Below are positions 47,561 through 59,494 of a stretch of 64,000 nucleotides of DNA, one piece after another (position 1 is the stretch's first letter; every line of letters starts with the position of its first letter). The translations under genes were made by a program, and so were the position numbers. The DNA comes from Vitrella brassicaformis CCMP3155. Taxonomy: Eukaryota > Protista > Chromerida. The notes beneath the pieces were generated by a model. The model was not told where the DNA came from and made no database searches. It saw only the letters and a list, made by a program, of their open reading frames with translations. The stretch covers positions 1 through 64,000 of the forward strand of contig CDMY01000748.1 of the NCBI GenBank assembly GCA_001179505.1, read 5' to 3'.

Positions 47561-50500
47561 TGACATCGCCCCAGAGACACACCCCCTCTACGACGTACCC
47601 ACACAAGAGACACACACGCGGAGACAGAGAGGCGTGTATGTCTGTGTGCACCTGTTTGCAGTGCATGGCTACGTCTCCGTTCATCGTGCGATGGTGGTTT
47701 CTGGGCGGCGGGGCGCGGCTGATGCGATGCTGCCTGGGGCCGCAGGAATGAGACAGACAGAGAGAGCAGGACCATGAGATCAAGATCGACCCACTGTTTC
47801 CTGACGACGATTGACTGATTGCTGGCGGCATGTGTGTGTGTGTGTGTGTGTGTTTTGGTGGGGGGTGGGGGGGCTTCTGGTTTTGTTGCTCTGTACACCA
47901 TTGGTCTGTTGAATGAGTGGGGACACGGGGCGGGGCGCATCAGATGCAGAGGTCCATGAATGGAATGGGTCACACGACAGAAAAACCTGCGCACACAGAC
48001 GGACGCACCGAGGCGCGACAGACAGACACTGCACAGACAAATCAACCAACACACACAAAACGACACGCACTCTCACGCAGAAAGTTGGCAGGCATGCACT
48101 AGAGGCAATCGACAGCAGCCAGGGATCGATGAGAACGCAGCAAACAGCAGGCAGTGTGTGTGTGTGCCTATGGTCGGCCGCCGGTTGGTGGCTACATGGG
48201 CGGGGCTGTACACGTGTGTGCGGATGGATGGATGGATGGATGGGCATGCAAATGTCTGTCTGTCTGAGTGTCTCTCTGTCTCTTTACGCTACCTGTATGT
48301 ATGCATGGTGTGTGGACACAGATGGATGCGATATGGATCCGGATCAATTGCAAAGCAGTGAGTGGTGTACGTACATTACATGCCAGCTGGCTCTCTCCCC
48401 GCATCACATCTCACTCTGATGTCGCTCTCCTCTCCCCGTACGCAGGCACTGTTCTCTCTCCCTCTCTGGCAATGCCTGTCAGTCAGTCTATCTGTATGTG
48501 TGTGTGTGTGTACGTAGGCAGGCAAGTGACTAGGTAAGCAGGTGGGCGTCCTGCCCTGCCCTGCCGTGCCTGCCGTGCCCTGCTGGGTGGGGTGCATTGC
48601 TGCTGTGTTGATGCAAACCACTACCAGCCATGCACTGCACGCAGACGGCCGCACCGCACGAGCATCGGTCTAAGTATGTATTTTAGTACACAGCCTCGCA
48701 ACAAATCGACTAGGCATGCCCCTCCTCCCCAGCAGCCACTGCGGCCAGCAGCAATCAAAACCAACAAAAATTCAAGTACACAGAGTGAGGAACACTGAGC
48801 CCCAGTCAGTCCACATAAGGCATACACACGCATGCGGTCGGCTGAAGATGAAGCGACAGCAGCTTACGCAACAAATCGTGAGCGAGTGAGTGAGGCAGTC
48901 AGTGGTGCGGTTGGTTGTATGCACTTAGGAAAGAAGAAACGTATGGATGGACGCCCCTCCTCGTGTTGACAAAAAAGCGCCTCTGCTGGTCCGTGGGGTT
49001 GCGGCAAGTTATTGGTCCGATGATCGATCGCATGAGTGCACTCACTCGTCTGCCCTTTTTCCGTCTGCCTGTCTGTAGGCCGCTGGCTGTGCCTTGACGC
49101 CCCTTGTGGCCACGTTCCCACCAGCCACTTGCTCACATGGCTGGCGGAAGCGTCACATCAATGGCCATCAAGGCACATCCAGACAGCCCATCCAGTAGGC
49201 AGCAGGGTGGGTTGCGAAACACTTGCCTGTTCTTCGCCTGTCCTTCATCGTCAATGTGCACGTGTGTGTCGGGGTGGTTTCCGTCAGGTGAGCCCAGTCA
49301 GCCGGTCAGCCGTTGGGTGAGTGAGTGAGTGAGTCAGCCACACACACACACACACATACACAGTCCCTAGTTACAGCGTTATTACACCACAATACCTACC
49401 AGTAGCTGTCTCTCTCTCTCCCCCTGAGTACGAATGTCTGCCTGTCTGTCTCTGTGCCATAATTCGATGAGCAGTGCACATTGATATCACACGTATCACA
49501 CGCTGTCTCTGTCTGACGGCACGCACTCTCGCACGCACACGCACCCCACACACAAGAGAAGATGCCAACATAGAGACGCAGGCCAGAGCAGAGCAGACCA
49601 GGGCTCACACAGACACACGAGGCGAAAGAGGCTTCCCCACACTGCACAAAGGGCAACCACGGTCGGTCGCCTCGCTTTGTGTCGGGGGCCAGCCCTTCCG
49701 ACTCACAGACAGACAGACAGACAGTCAGACAGACAGAGAGAGAGACAGAGAGGGAAGAGGGCGGCAGTGCACTGCGAGCAGTAGGTAGATTGGTAGCCTA
49801 CGCGAGCACATCGCGCCAGTCAGCCTCCTCTGTCGCTCCTCTTATCTGTTTGTCTGTCTGCCTGCCTGCTTGCTGCTATCCACAGGGGGTCTGCACAGAG
49901 GTCGACAAAACAGAGGGAGTGAGAGCACCGGGGCATGGGAGCCGACATGGAAGCATCGCGACAGACAGAAAGGCATGAATATCCAGAGAGCGTACGTGTG
50001 CAAGGTGGGTGCAGTGTGTGCGTTGCGTTGTGTGTGTGTGTGTGTGTGCCATCGGCCGGCTGTGCCCACACACATTCACACGTCGGTCATGGTACTGTCA
50101 AAACACAACAAAAGGTAGACGGTCGGTATGGTTAGTCATTCATTCATTCACTCGCGCAGTCATTCCCTCACTGGCTCACTCATGCCGGCCGGGGTGTATG
50201 GTACAGCAGATGGATAGAGAGAGAGAGCGAGCTGGACAGCAAAACTAAGGCACGCACGGCACTCACAGCCCCTCTCCCCTCTCCCTTCTGTGTGTGTGAG
50301 CGTATGGTACATCCCTAACCAAAGCGACCAAGCAAGCATCTCGTCTGTCAGCCAGTCAGACAGACAGGCAGGCAGACAGACGGGCCTCAGCCCAAGTTGA
50401 GCTGAGCCCCCCGCCTCGCCCGCCAGCTGACTCTTCCCGCAACTGTCTGTCTATCTGCATAGGTGTGCATGGTGCGTCGCGTCATTGTTGTGTCTTGTCG

Positions 50501-51565
50501 TCTGCTGCCCGCTCGCCGTCTGTCAGTGAGACTGGCGACGCAAAAAATGCCAACCACACTGCGGACCAGAGAGAAAGAGCGACAGACAGATTCCCTCCTG
50601 CAGGCAACGCATCACACCATGCCACACCATCGTCACGCCACTGTTGCTAATTGTAGTCCTGCCGTTGAGAATGGCAACCACACACACACACGGGGGGGAG
50701 AGAGGGAGAGAGAGAGCAGAGTGAGCGACAGGCGAGACGAGGCACTCCGAGCCAACGAAGACACGAACAGGTGGATGGATGGATGGATGGACGACCACCG
50801 ACCGACCGACCGACCTTTCTGCAGGCAATGACTGCACATCACATCATGTGCAGGGGCCGTGTGAGAGAAAAAGACGACCCACTGCGTTGCGTCGCGTTGC
50901 GTTGCATTATCCGACAGACAGCACACAAACAGTATGGTATGGCAGCGAAAGAAGCGGGCGAGAACAACACTCTCTTGTTAGTCGCTACGGCAGAGAGACA
51001 GGGTGAGCGAGAGGCTGGTGATGATGATGGACGAAAGGCAGGCAGGCAGGCAGGCATATGTATCTCTGGCTGAGCCAGCAGGCGACACAACGACGCACAC
51101 AACAAGAAGGCAGCGAGTCACTCTTGAAAAGACAGAGGGGGATGGATGGATGGATGGACCCTCGCCTCTTCTCTCTCTCTCTCTCTCTTTTGTCTCCGCT
51201 ATCGGCGCATCCAGCCACGGAGACGAGCAGGCAGACTTGGATTCTCACACGCACACGAACACACACATGCAAGTGTGACAGCAAATAAAGGGTCTTGCGC
51301 GTCTCTCAGCTGACCCCCACACGCACACAACGGACGGGCATCCATGGCATGGCATCCAGCCAGCCACCATCACAGACATACTTACACAAACACACACGCG
51401 ATACACACACAATATACATATAATGAATGCATGAGAGACATGATATGATATGGCGAGTGAGTGAGTCATCATGTTATGTGTGTGACCTTCTTTCTGCTGG
51501 TTAGTTAGCTAGTGTACACGCATCACACCACAACACACACACACACAAACGTCGTTACCCACGCG

Positions 51566-54500
51566 TCATGAGAACGCATCCCCAGCCTCTCCCTCTCCCT
51601 GTTGGCTGCTGTCGCCCTTCTGCCTCACAATATGTGCGAGTATGGTCTCAATATCCGACGGCCCCACCCCGGGGCTGCTCGCAAGCCGCTTCAAGATCGC
51701 CAACGTGTCCGCAGGGATGCCCCTGCTCCTCACACCGCCTAGCAGCGAGGAAAGCAGCGCCTCATGCTCATGCTGATGCTCGGCCGCCCTCTCCCTCTCC
51801 CTCTCCCTCTCCTCCTTGTTCGTCTCAGGATGATCCGCGGTGGCAGTTGCAGCGGTGTTGATGGCCTCCACCCCGCCGTCACTCTCGACCAGCATGCTGT
51901 CATCCCCCGGCTCGTTCAGACTCATCCCGGGGGCAGGGGAGCCGTCTCTCTCTTTCTCCCTGGTTCCAGCTGCTGCTGTGGCTGTGGCTGTGGCTGTCGC
52001 TGCGTGTGGTAGAGTGAGTGGCTGTGATGGTGGTGGTGGTGGAGGTGGTGATGGGCGGGAGGGTGGACTAGTGACGGCTGTCTTCTTGGGGAACTGCAGA
52101 CGAAGCGCATTGCCCAGGAACGTAACCTAACCAGCCCAATAAGGAGAGGTGTGCATGGATGGATATATATGGCCATACGGATGTCTGTGCGCGCCCATGT
52201 GAGCGCACCCCATTGAGTTGCAGTCCGGCATTCGCGGCTTCGACCGTCCGGAACTCAGCAAACGCATAGTGACCTGATCACACCAAACCAACCACGCCAC
52301 TTCAGCCAACGGACAGGCAAATCGCGCTTGTCGGCTCTCACATACCGTCTCGGCTGATCCAGGCACCAACAACCGGATCAGCGCCACACATCTGACAATT
52401 AATGAAGTGACATAGACAGACACCACACAAGTGACACAGACAGACACCGTGGGTGTGGTTCGCTGCCCCTTCTCAGCTCAGCCGCCTACGTGTTTGTTGG
52501 CGTAGGTGCGGAGGGCGTTGTTGAGGAATCTGACCAGGATGGGCGGCGTGCAGTTCCGGGGCAGATTGCCGATGTACAGCTCGCGGCCGGCCTTCTGACT
52601 CAGCACGCCCGCACCAGCACCAGCGCCAGCACCACTTGCCGCCGATGACGGACCACCGCACCTGCACACCCACAGCCATCCATCCATCCATCCGTCCATC
52701 AAAGCCTTTCTCTTACCCAGCAGCAGCAGCAGTGGACGAGGAGGCGCCCTCAGTGGGTCCCTGTGTCATGACGCCCGGACGACTGTCTTCTGTCTGCAGT
52801 GACAGCGACCGAGGGTTGAGCCAATCGCCGCCGCCCCTCGTGTCAGAAGGCTGCGGCGGCGGCTGCTGGTGGGTAGTGGCTGCATGATGGTGGTGCGACA
52901 CGTCCCTCACAGATGGCGTGACGGTGACGTTTGATCGGGGCGGCGGGAGGGGCCTGGATGAGGGGGGCGGGGGAGGGGGAGGGGGGCGGGTGGCACTAGC
53001 ACTAGCACTAGCGCTGCTGGTGCTCGAGGATGTATCGAGCTTCTTGGGCACTTCTAGACGGAGGGAATAGCCTGACAGACGACGGACGACCACACGGGGT
53101 GCTTCTCGAGGGGTGGTCTTGTGTGTGGTGTGGTTGTGCGAACCAAGTAGGTTGAGTCTGCCGTTGAGCAGCGCTGCCCGGTGGGCCTCTTCCACCGTCC
53201 GCAACTCTAGGAACGCAAAATGATCTGAACAATCACACACACCCCAACACACAACAAATCGATACCCCATTCGTTCCAGCCACAACATTCATCGCACTAC
53301 TCACTGTCTTTATTGATGTGGGCAGCCAGTATCGGTGCCGCCACAGACGTGTTGACTCGGTGGTCCACGAGCTTGCCGTTGAGGAAGTCCACCAGCTGCT
53401 GCGCCTGCACGCCCGGCGGCAGGTTGCCCACGTACAGCTCCCGCATGCGCTTCTCGCTCACAGCGGGGGCCGGTGGGGGGCCTGGGGCGGGGGCCGGGGT
53501 CATGGTGGGGGGGGAGGGGGGAGGGGGCGCTCGGTGGCCCCGGGGCGTGGTGGTCATGCATGGTGGGTGGGCAGGGGGCAGCTGGATGGAGGGGTGGCTG
53601 TGGGTGTGGGGGAGCATGTCCGATTCGGGACTGCCCAGCACCAGCCTGAAACGAAAAAGAAGAAAGAGAACAACACAGGTCAGGTGATGTGTCGCGTCCT
53701 TCCCTGCCTGCGTAGCGTACCCTCTAGGGTGTGTTGGGCTGTGCGGCATCTGGCCGACCCCTGCTACAGCCACTGGCACCACAATCGCCGCTGCCGCACC
53801 GGCAGGACAGACACCACGCACTCCCACCGGCCGAAGCGGGGGGCCACAAGGCCGTGCGCCCACCACCGGCAGCACATTCAGGGGCAGGGGCAGTGGGCGG
53901 GGCATCGCCATGCCGCCCCGTCCCACCATCCCCACGCCCATCTCTACTCCCATCCCCACTGCCATGCCCATGCCCAGCCCCCGGTGCCTCTCGTACGACC
54001 TCGACCGAGACGAAGAAGCGCGAAATCGGCCTCGGCTTCTGCTTCTACTCCTGCTGCGGGACCGGGATCGCCTTCGCCGCCTCTCGCGAGACCGATCCCG
54101 CGACGCAGAGGGCGACCGTCTCGGGGGCGACCTCGAGCGCGACGATGGTCTTCTGCGGATGGCGGGGGATCGGGGTGATCTGGATGTGGACCTCTTCTTC
54201 TGGGGGCTCCGCCGCCTGTCGCGGTCACGCGAGTGCGATCGCGGGGTCCGCAAACAGGTCGGGCAGCGGGCGGGGCACGCATGATGGCTGGCCGACACAT
54301 CATGGCTATGGCTGTGGCTGTGGCTGTGGCTGTGGTGTGGGGATGGGGGCCTCTCCCGCCGAGAGTCGCGCTCCCTCTCTCTGCTGGGAGGTGAAGGTCT
54401 TCTGTCTTGCGATCTGGGGGAGCGGCCTCGGGTGGGCAGGGAAGAGGGGGAGGCCGACGGGGAGGGCGATGGTGGCGGCGGCGAGCGACGGCGACGGGCA

Positions 54501-54811
54501 GCGCTGACACACAGAAGAAAAAGGCCATAGAGAGAATGCATGCAGACACTTGTGCATCTGTTTCTTGCTGCGTACGTGGCTCCTCTGCCGCGATCCGTGC
54601 CGCCTCTGCCCCGTCCCCTTCCGCCCCTATCTCGCTCTCGCGATGCGCTCCTCTCAGCCATGTGCCCCTCGGCCACACCATGATGGTAGTGGTGGCCGCG
54701 GGAGTGCGTCCCGCCCCTCACTGCAGAGCCGCGGCGACTGGTGGGGTGGTGGGGATGGTGAGAGGGGACCTCGTGATGCTGGTGCTGGTGTGTGACGACT
54801 GGTGATGACAT
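51566..54811 (-). CDS. RS-domain plus two U2AF65-type RRMs (U2AF2-like splicing factor); 5' end uncertain
   Basis: Long RS/RD tract (RSRSRSRSRSRG); RELYVGNLPPGV..LVDFLN..HFAFLELRTVEEA..LLNG; RELYIGNLPRN..EFRTVEAANAGLQLNG..FLGNALRLQFPKK. Confidence 0.75.
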
Positions 54812-55412
54812 GTGGGAGTGGGAGTGGGAGTGTGGGTGTGGGTATGGCGGCGACGGCAGCCTCCTCGACGGCTTGCGTGCCCTGTGGAGCCTCTCGACGG
54901 ATATGGCGCTATACAGACTTCGGACTGTTCCTCTGGTAGTCGACACACACACGCACAACCACACACAACCACACACATACACACATGCAAGTGTCCGTTG
55001 AGAGAGTGGTGTGGCTTGGCTGACCTGGAGCAGCTTCGTGATGAGCTGGCCGTATCGAACAGTCGTGATAGAGTCATCGAGCACCCGCCCTCCGGCAACT
55101 AACGCCTCGCGAACGACAGCAGGCAGACAGGCCACAGACAGACGCCCGAGAGCCACAACCAAATCAAGCAGTGTCACTGAAATCAAACCTCCAGGCCGTC
55201 CCCGAGTCTTCACAGCACCAATAGTACGTAGAGCTCGACGTAGAGAGTGCTGCGGTGAGCTACGGCTCTCACTTCCGGCAGAAGGAGGTCCGGCGGCCTG
55301 TCAGGATGGCCACCTGCCCCAGCCTCGCTTTCTTCGCCTCATGGCGGATGCCTACACCTTCTCTCCTACACCTTCTCCGTCTTGAAGTCAAAAGCTCGCA
55401 AATGGGAATAGC

Positions 55413-56408
55413 AGCTAAGCTCGCAGCCGCAGACGGCGAGGCGCGAAAGAAAAGACGAGGCCACAGTGCTGAATCTCTTGAGTTTGATTGTTTTTGAGGA
55501 TCAGTACTGCATTGAACAACGACCGCCAAGGGGCTGGACAACAAACCCCAACAACGATAACTGGTGAGCGTGAGATCTTCGCACCTCGGATGCTACCGGA
55601 CTGGATGAGCTCTCTGCCGCAGACCTCATGTTGTGGATACTGACGCCGTTTCTCTTTTCCCTGAGTTTGTCGCGGGCCGCTTTGGTGCGTCGATCTTCTG
55701 CATTCATCCCTCCTCATCTTTGGTGCATGACGCCGGCGTCGAGAGGGGCCCTGACACGCACAATCGCAAAAGAGGTGCGTGCGACGCACGCACACCTGGC
55801 ACACACGTAAGTCTAGTCGTGTGTGTCATCCTTTCAGAGTGATGGTGAGGAGCAGCCGATGCCAAGCAACCCTGATGGTGTGCCAGCAGGTGCGTCCATA
55901 CCAGACACAAAGACATACATGAGAGGGAGAGAGAGGCGAATCCATCCACACACACACACACACATCTGTGTGTCTGTGTGCCGATTGACTGCTTGATGTG
56001 CGTGATCCGTGTGTATGGTTCATTCGTTTAGGCATGCCAACGAAGTGTGGTGATTCGGAGGTTTATGGGCGGTCAGATGAGGACGTGCGGCTGGGCCTTG
56101 CCCGGTTGCCCAGGGTCACGCTCTCACCGGAATTCGTCCAACGACACAAATCCGTCCTTTCCAGAGAGACTCGCCGGTGAGTGTGTCGTCACAGAACAAT
56201 CAACACCTCAAGTTTGCAAAGCGTGTGTGTGTAGCTGGCCTACGGTGTGCCTCAAGGATAGGAATCTGCTCTTGGTGGTTTTCTACGTCTGGCCGTTGCT
56301 GGAGCAAATGATATTCCAGGTGTGTAGTCACCGCACAACACACACACACACACACACACACAGAGGACACCCACACGGATGGATGGGTGGGTGCATCAAT
56401 CAGCGCCG

Positions 56409-56439
<31 letters not shown>

Positions 56440-57319
56440 TGGACAGACAAACTGGCGCATCTACGCGAAACCTTACGACCAGGACAACCATGACGCCACG
56501 TCGGTGTCGTTCCTGGTCGGCAAGGACAGGGCCTATCGGAGGCACATTTGGGTGATGGCCGGCGACAATCGCGAGCAGCTGGAAGGGACAAATTTTTTTA
56601 AAGTCACCGCAAGAGCTCCTGAGGAGCCGCCTAGTGCGACAGGCGATCAGATACGGCTGCATTGTGGACGCGACCTTCAACACATGGACTTTCTACCGCT
56701 ACAACGACAAGAACTTTCTGCAGAAGATCAGAGAGTTTAAACACAACGACACTCAGACGAGGGAGGGCCAGCCGCAGGAGATAGTGGACTTCATGGCAGA
56801 GCTGCTGCACAAGAACGACACAAGCCTGTCCTTCCCCACATGGGAGGGAATCAGGCACGAAGAGCAGAAAAGGTGCGCGTGTCCTCAGGCAGGCAGGCAG
56901 GCAGACCGACAGGCAGAGAGACTGGAGGAGAGAAGCCACGTAGCGCGTTCAACGTATGTATAATGCGTTTGCAGAAAAAGGGCATTGCTGGATGAGGCAA
57001 GAGAAATGTATGGAGATGACTGAGAAAGGTTTGGAGGCATGACTGGTTGACTGACGACGGAGAGAGTCAGTAGATGGATGCTGGGCCTTAAGAGAGCTGA
57101 CTGCAATTTAATGCGGCAGGAGAGGACATACATACATGTACAGTAGCTAGATGGGATGGCCGTGGTTCGCAGCGCATTGCATATCCACCTGTTTGCTGCA
57201 TCTGCCCTCCGCGTGCTGGGTGTTGCGTGTCTGTGTTGCATGTTAGGGTGGTGTTTCATATTGCAACAGAGGACTTGGCCGCCAGGCCGCCTAGGGTGCT
57301 TCCTGAAACCGTAGGGGCA
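55413..57319 (+). repeat. Tandem duplication unit 1 (promoter-like block P plus gene X1)
   Basis: Colinear by eye with 57320-59336; the first ~170 bp resemble 59337-59530. Confidence 0.85.
55628..57023 (+). pseudogene. Unknown-family protein X1 with a bipartite (signal + SAF transit) leader; frameshifted
   Basis: MLWILTPFLFSLSLSRAALVRRSSAFIPP..; exons LPRVTLSPEF.., WPLLEQMIFQ, SVSFLVGKD, WTFYRYNDKNFLQKIRE. A 10-bp insertion (AATTTTTTTA, ~56591) relative to X2 shifts the frame. Confidence 0.7.
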
Positions 57320-58185
57320 AGCTAAGCTTGCAGATGAGGTGGAGGAGAAAGCATCTGTGTATCGGACTGGATGACCTCTCAGCCGTGGACCTCATACTGT
57401 GGATGCTGACGCCGTTTCTCTTTTCCCTGGCGAGTTGGTCGCGGGCTGCTATGGTGCGTCGATCTTCTGCATTCATCGCTCCTCCTCTTCCCCGCGCCAC
57501 ACCGGCGTCGAGAGGGGCCCTGACACGCACAATCGCAAAAGAGGTGCGTGCGACGCACGCACACCTGGCACACACGTAGGTCTAGTCGTGTGTGTCATCC
57601 TTTCAGAGTGATGGTGAGGAGCAGCCGATGCCGAGCAACCCTGATGGTGTGCCAGCAGGTGCGTCCATACCAGACACAAATACATACATGAGAGGGAGAG
57701 AGAGGCGAATCCATCCACACACACACACACATCTGTGTGTCTGTGTGCCGATTGACTGCTTGATGTGCGTGATCCGTGCGTATCCGTGTGTATGGTTCAA
57801 TCGTTTAGGCATGCCAACGAAGTGTGGTGATTCGGAGATTTATGGGAGATCAGACGAGGAGGTGCGCCTGGGCCTTTCCCCGTTGCCCAGGGTCACGCTC
57901 TCACCGGAATTCGTCCAACGACACAAATCCGTCATTTCCAGAAGGACTCGCCGGTGAGTGCCTCGTCCCAGATCAACCAACACCTCAAGTTTGCAAAGCG
58001 TGTGTGTGTAGCTGCCCTACGGTGTGCCTCAAGGATAGGAATCTGCTCTTGGTGGTTTTCTACGTCTGGCCGTTGCTGGAGCAAATGATATTCCAGGTGT
58101 GTAGTCACCGCACAACACACACACACGCACACACACACACAGGACACCCACACGGATGGATGGGTGTGTGCATCAATCAGCGCCG

Positions 58186-58219
<34 letters not shown>

Positions 58220-59336
58220 GGACAGACAGACTGGCGCATCTACGCGAAGGTAAGCCACACATGCAGACAAAGATCCGGGTGGGATGGTGTGTATTGGGGG
58301 ATGAATTCGCTGTCGACAGCCTTACGACCAGGACAACCATGACGCCACGTCGGTGTCGTTCCTGGTCGGCAAGGACAGGGCCTATCGGAGGCACATTTGG
58401 GTGATGGCCGGCGACGATCGCGAGGAGCTGGAAGGGACAAAGTCACCGCAAGAGCTCCTGAGGAGCCGCCTAGTGCGACAGGCGATCAGATACGGCTGCA
58501 TTGTGGACGTGGCCCTTAAAAACATGGACTTTTTATCGCTACAACGACAAGAACTTTCTGCAGAAGATCAGAGAGTTTGACCACGATGACAGTCAGACGA
58601 TAGAGGGCCAGCCGCAGGAGATAGTGGACTTCATGGCAGAGCTGCTGCACAAGAACGACCAAACCTCCCCTTCGGCACATGGGAGGAAGTCATGGTCGAG
58701 GAGCAGAGCAGGTGCGCGTGTCCTCAGGCAGGCACGCGGGCAGACAGGCAGAGAGAGAGAGAGAGAGGGAGGAAAGAGTAAGAGGAGAGAAGCCACATAC
58801 ACGTGGGTGCGTGAGTGAATGTCTGTTCAACGCATCTATAATGCGTTTGCAGAATACTGGATTTGCAGGATGAGGCAAGAGAAAGGTTTGGAATATAAGC
58901 TGAGAAAGGTTTGGAGCCATGACTGATTGACTGACTACGGAGAGAGTCAGTAGAGTAGATGCTCGGCTCAAGAGAGCTGACTGCAATTTTATGCGGCAGG
59001 GGAGGACATATACACATACATACATACATACATACACACATACATGTACAGTAGCCAGATGACCGGCTTCCCAGCGTTTGCTTGTTTTTCGTTCATCACT
59101 CATCGATTGCATCATTTGGCTGTCCGCTCATTTCATATGAACAAATACACGCAGCAGATACGAGTGCGTAATCGTATGTGGCCGTCGTTCGCAGCGCATT
59201 GCACATCCACCTCTTTGCTGCCTCTGCCCTCCGCGTGCTGCGTGTTGCGTGTCTGTGTTGCATGTTAGAGTGCGTGTCTGCATGTTCCAACAGGACTTGG
59301 CTCATGCCGCCTAGGGTGCTCCATGAAACCGTTGCA
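57320..59336 (+). repeat. Tandem duplication unit 2 (shortened P' plus gene X2)
   Basis: Starts AGCTAAGCTTGCA; colinear with unit 1. Confidence 0.85.
57403..58898 (+). pseudogene. Unknown-family protein X2, paralog of X1; frameshifted
   Basis: Same exon series; first ATG changed to ATA; +1 shift near 58510-58520 and -1 shift near 58665; extra intron 58250-58319. Confidence 0.7.
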
Positions 59337-59494
59337 AGCTGAGCTTGCACACGAGATGGTGGACTCGAGAGAGAAGGAGATTCGGTGGAGGGCAACAAGG
59401 TCGTTGTGCTGAGTCTTTTTCGTTTGATTGTTTTTGGGGATCAATGCATTGAACAACGATAGTGACAACGCCCTGGACAACGCCTTACACAAGG

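Noticed and set aside
56690-56830. KEN/RNase L-like similarity in family X (FLQKIREFKHN)
   Set aside because: The catalytic RNxxHH pattern is not retained and there is no adjacent kinase; the similarity is too weak to call.
57270-57295. CTAG preceded by GC-rich sequence at the end of unit X, suggesting a Helitron 3' end
   Set aside because: The hairpin is weak and not conserved in unit 2; no 5' TC terminus or Rep/helicase was identified.
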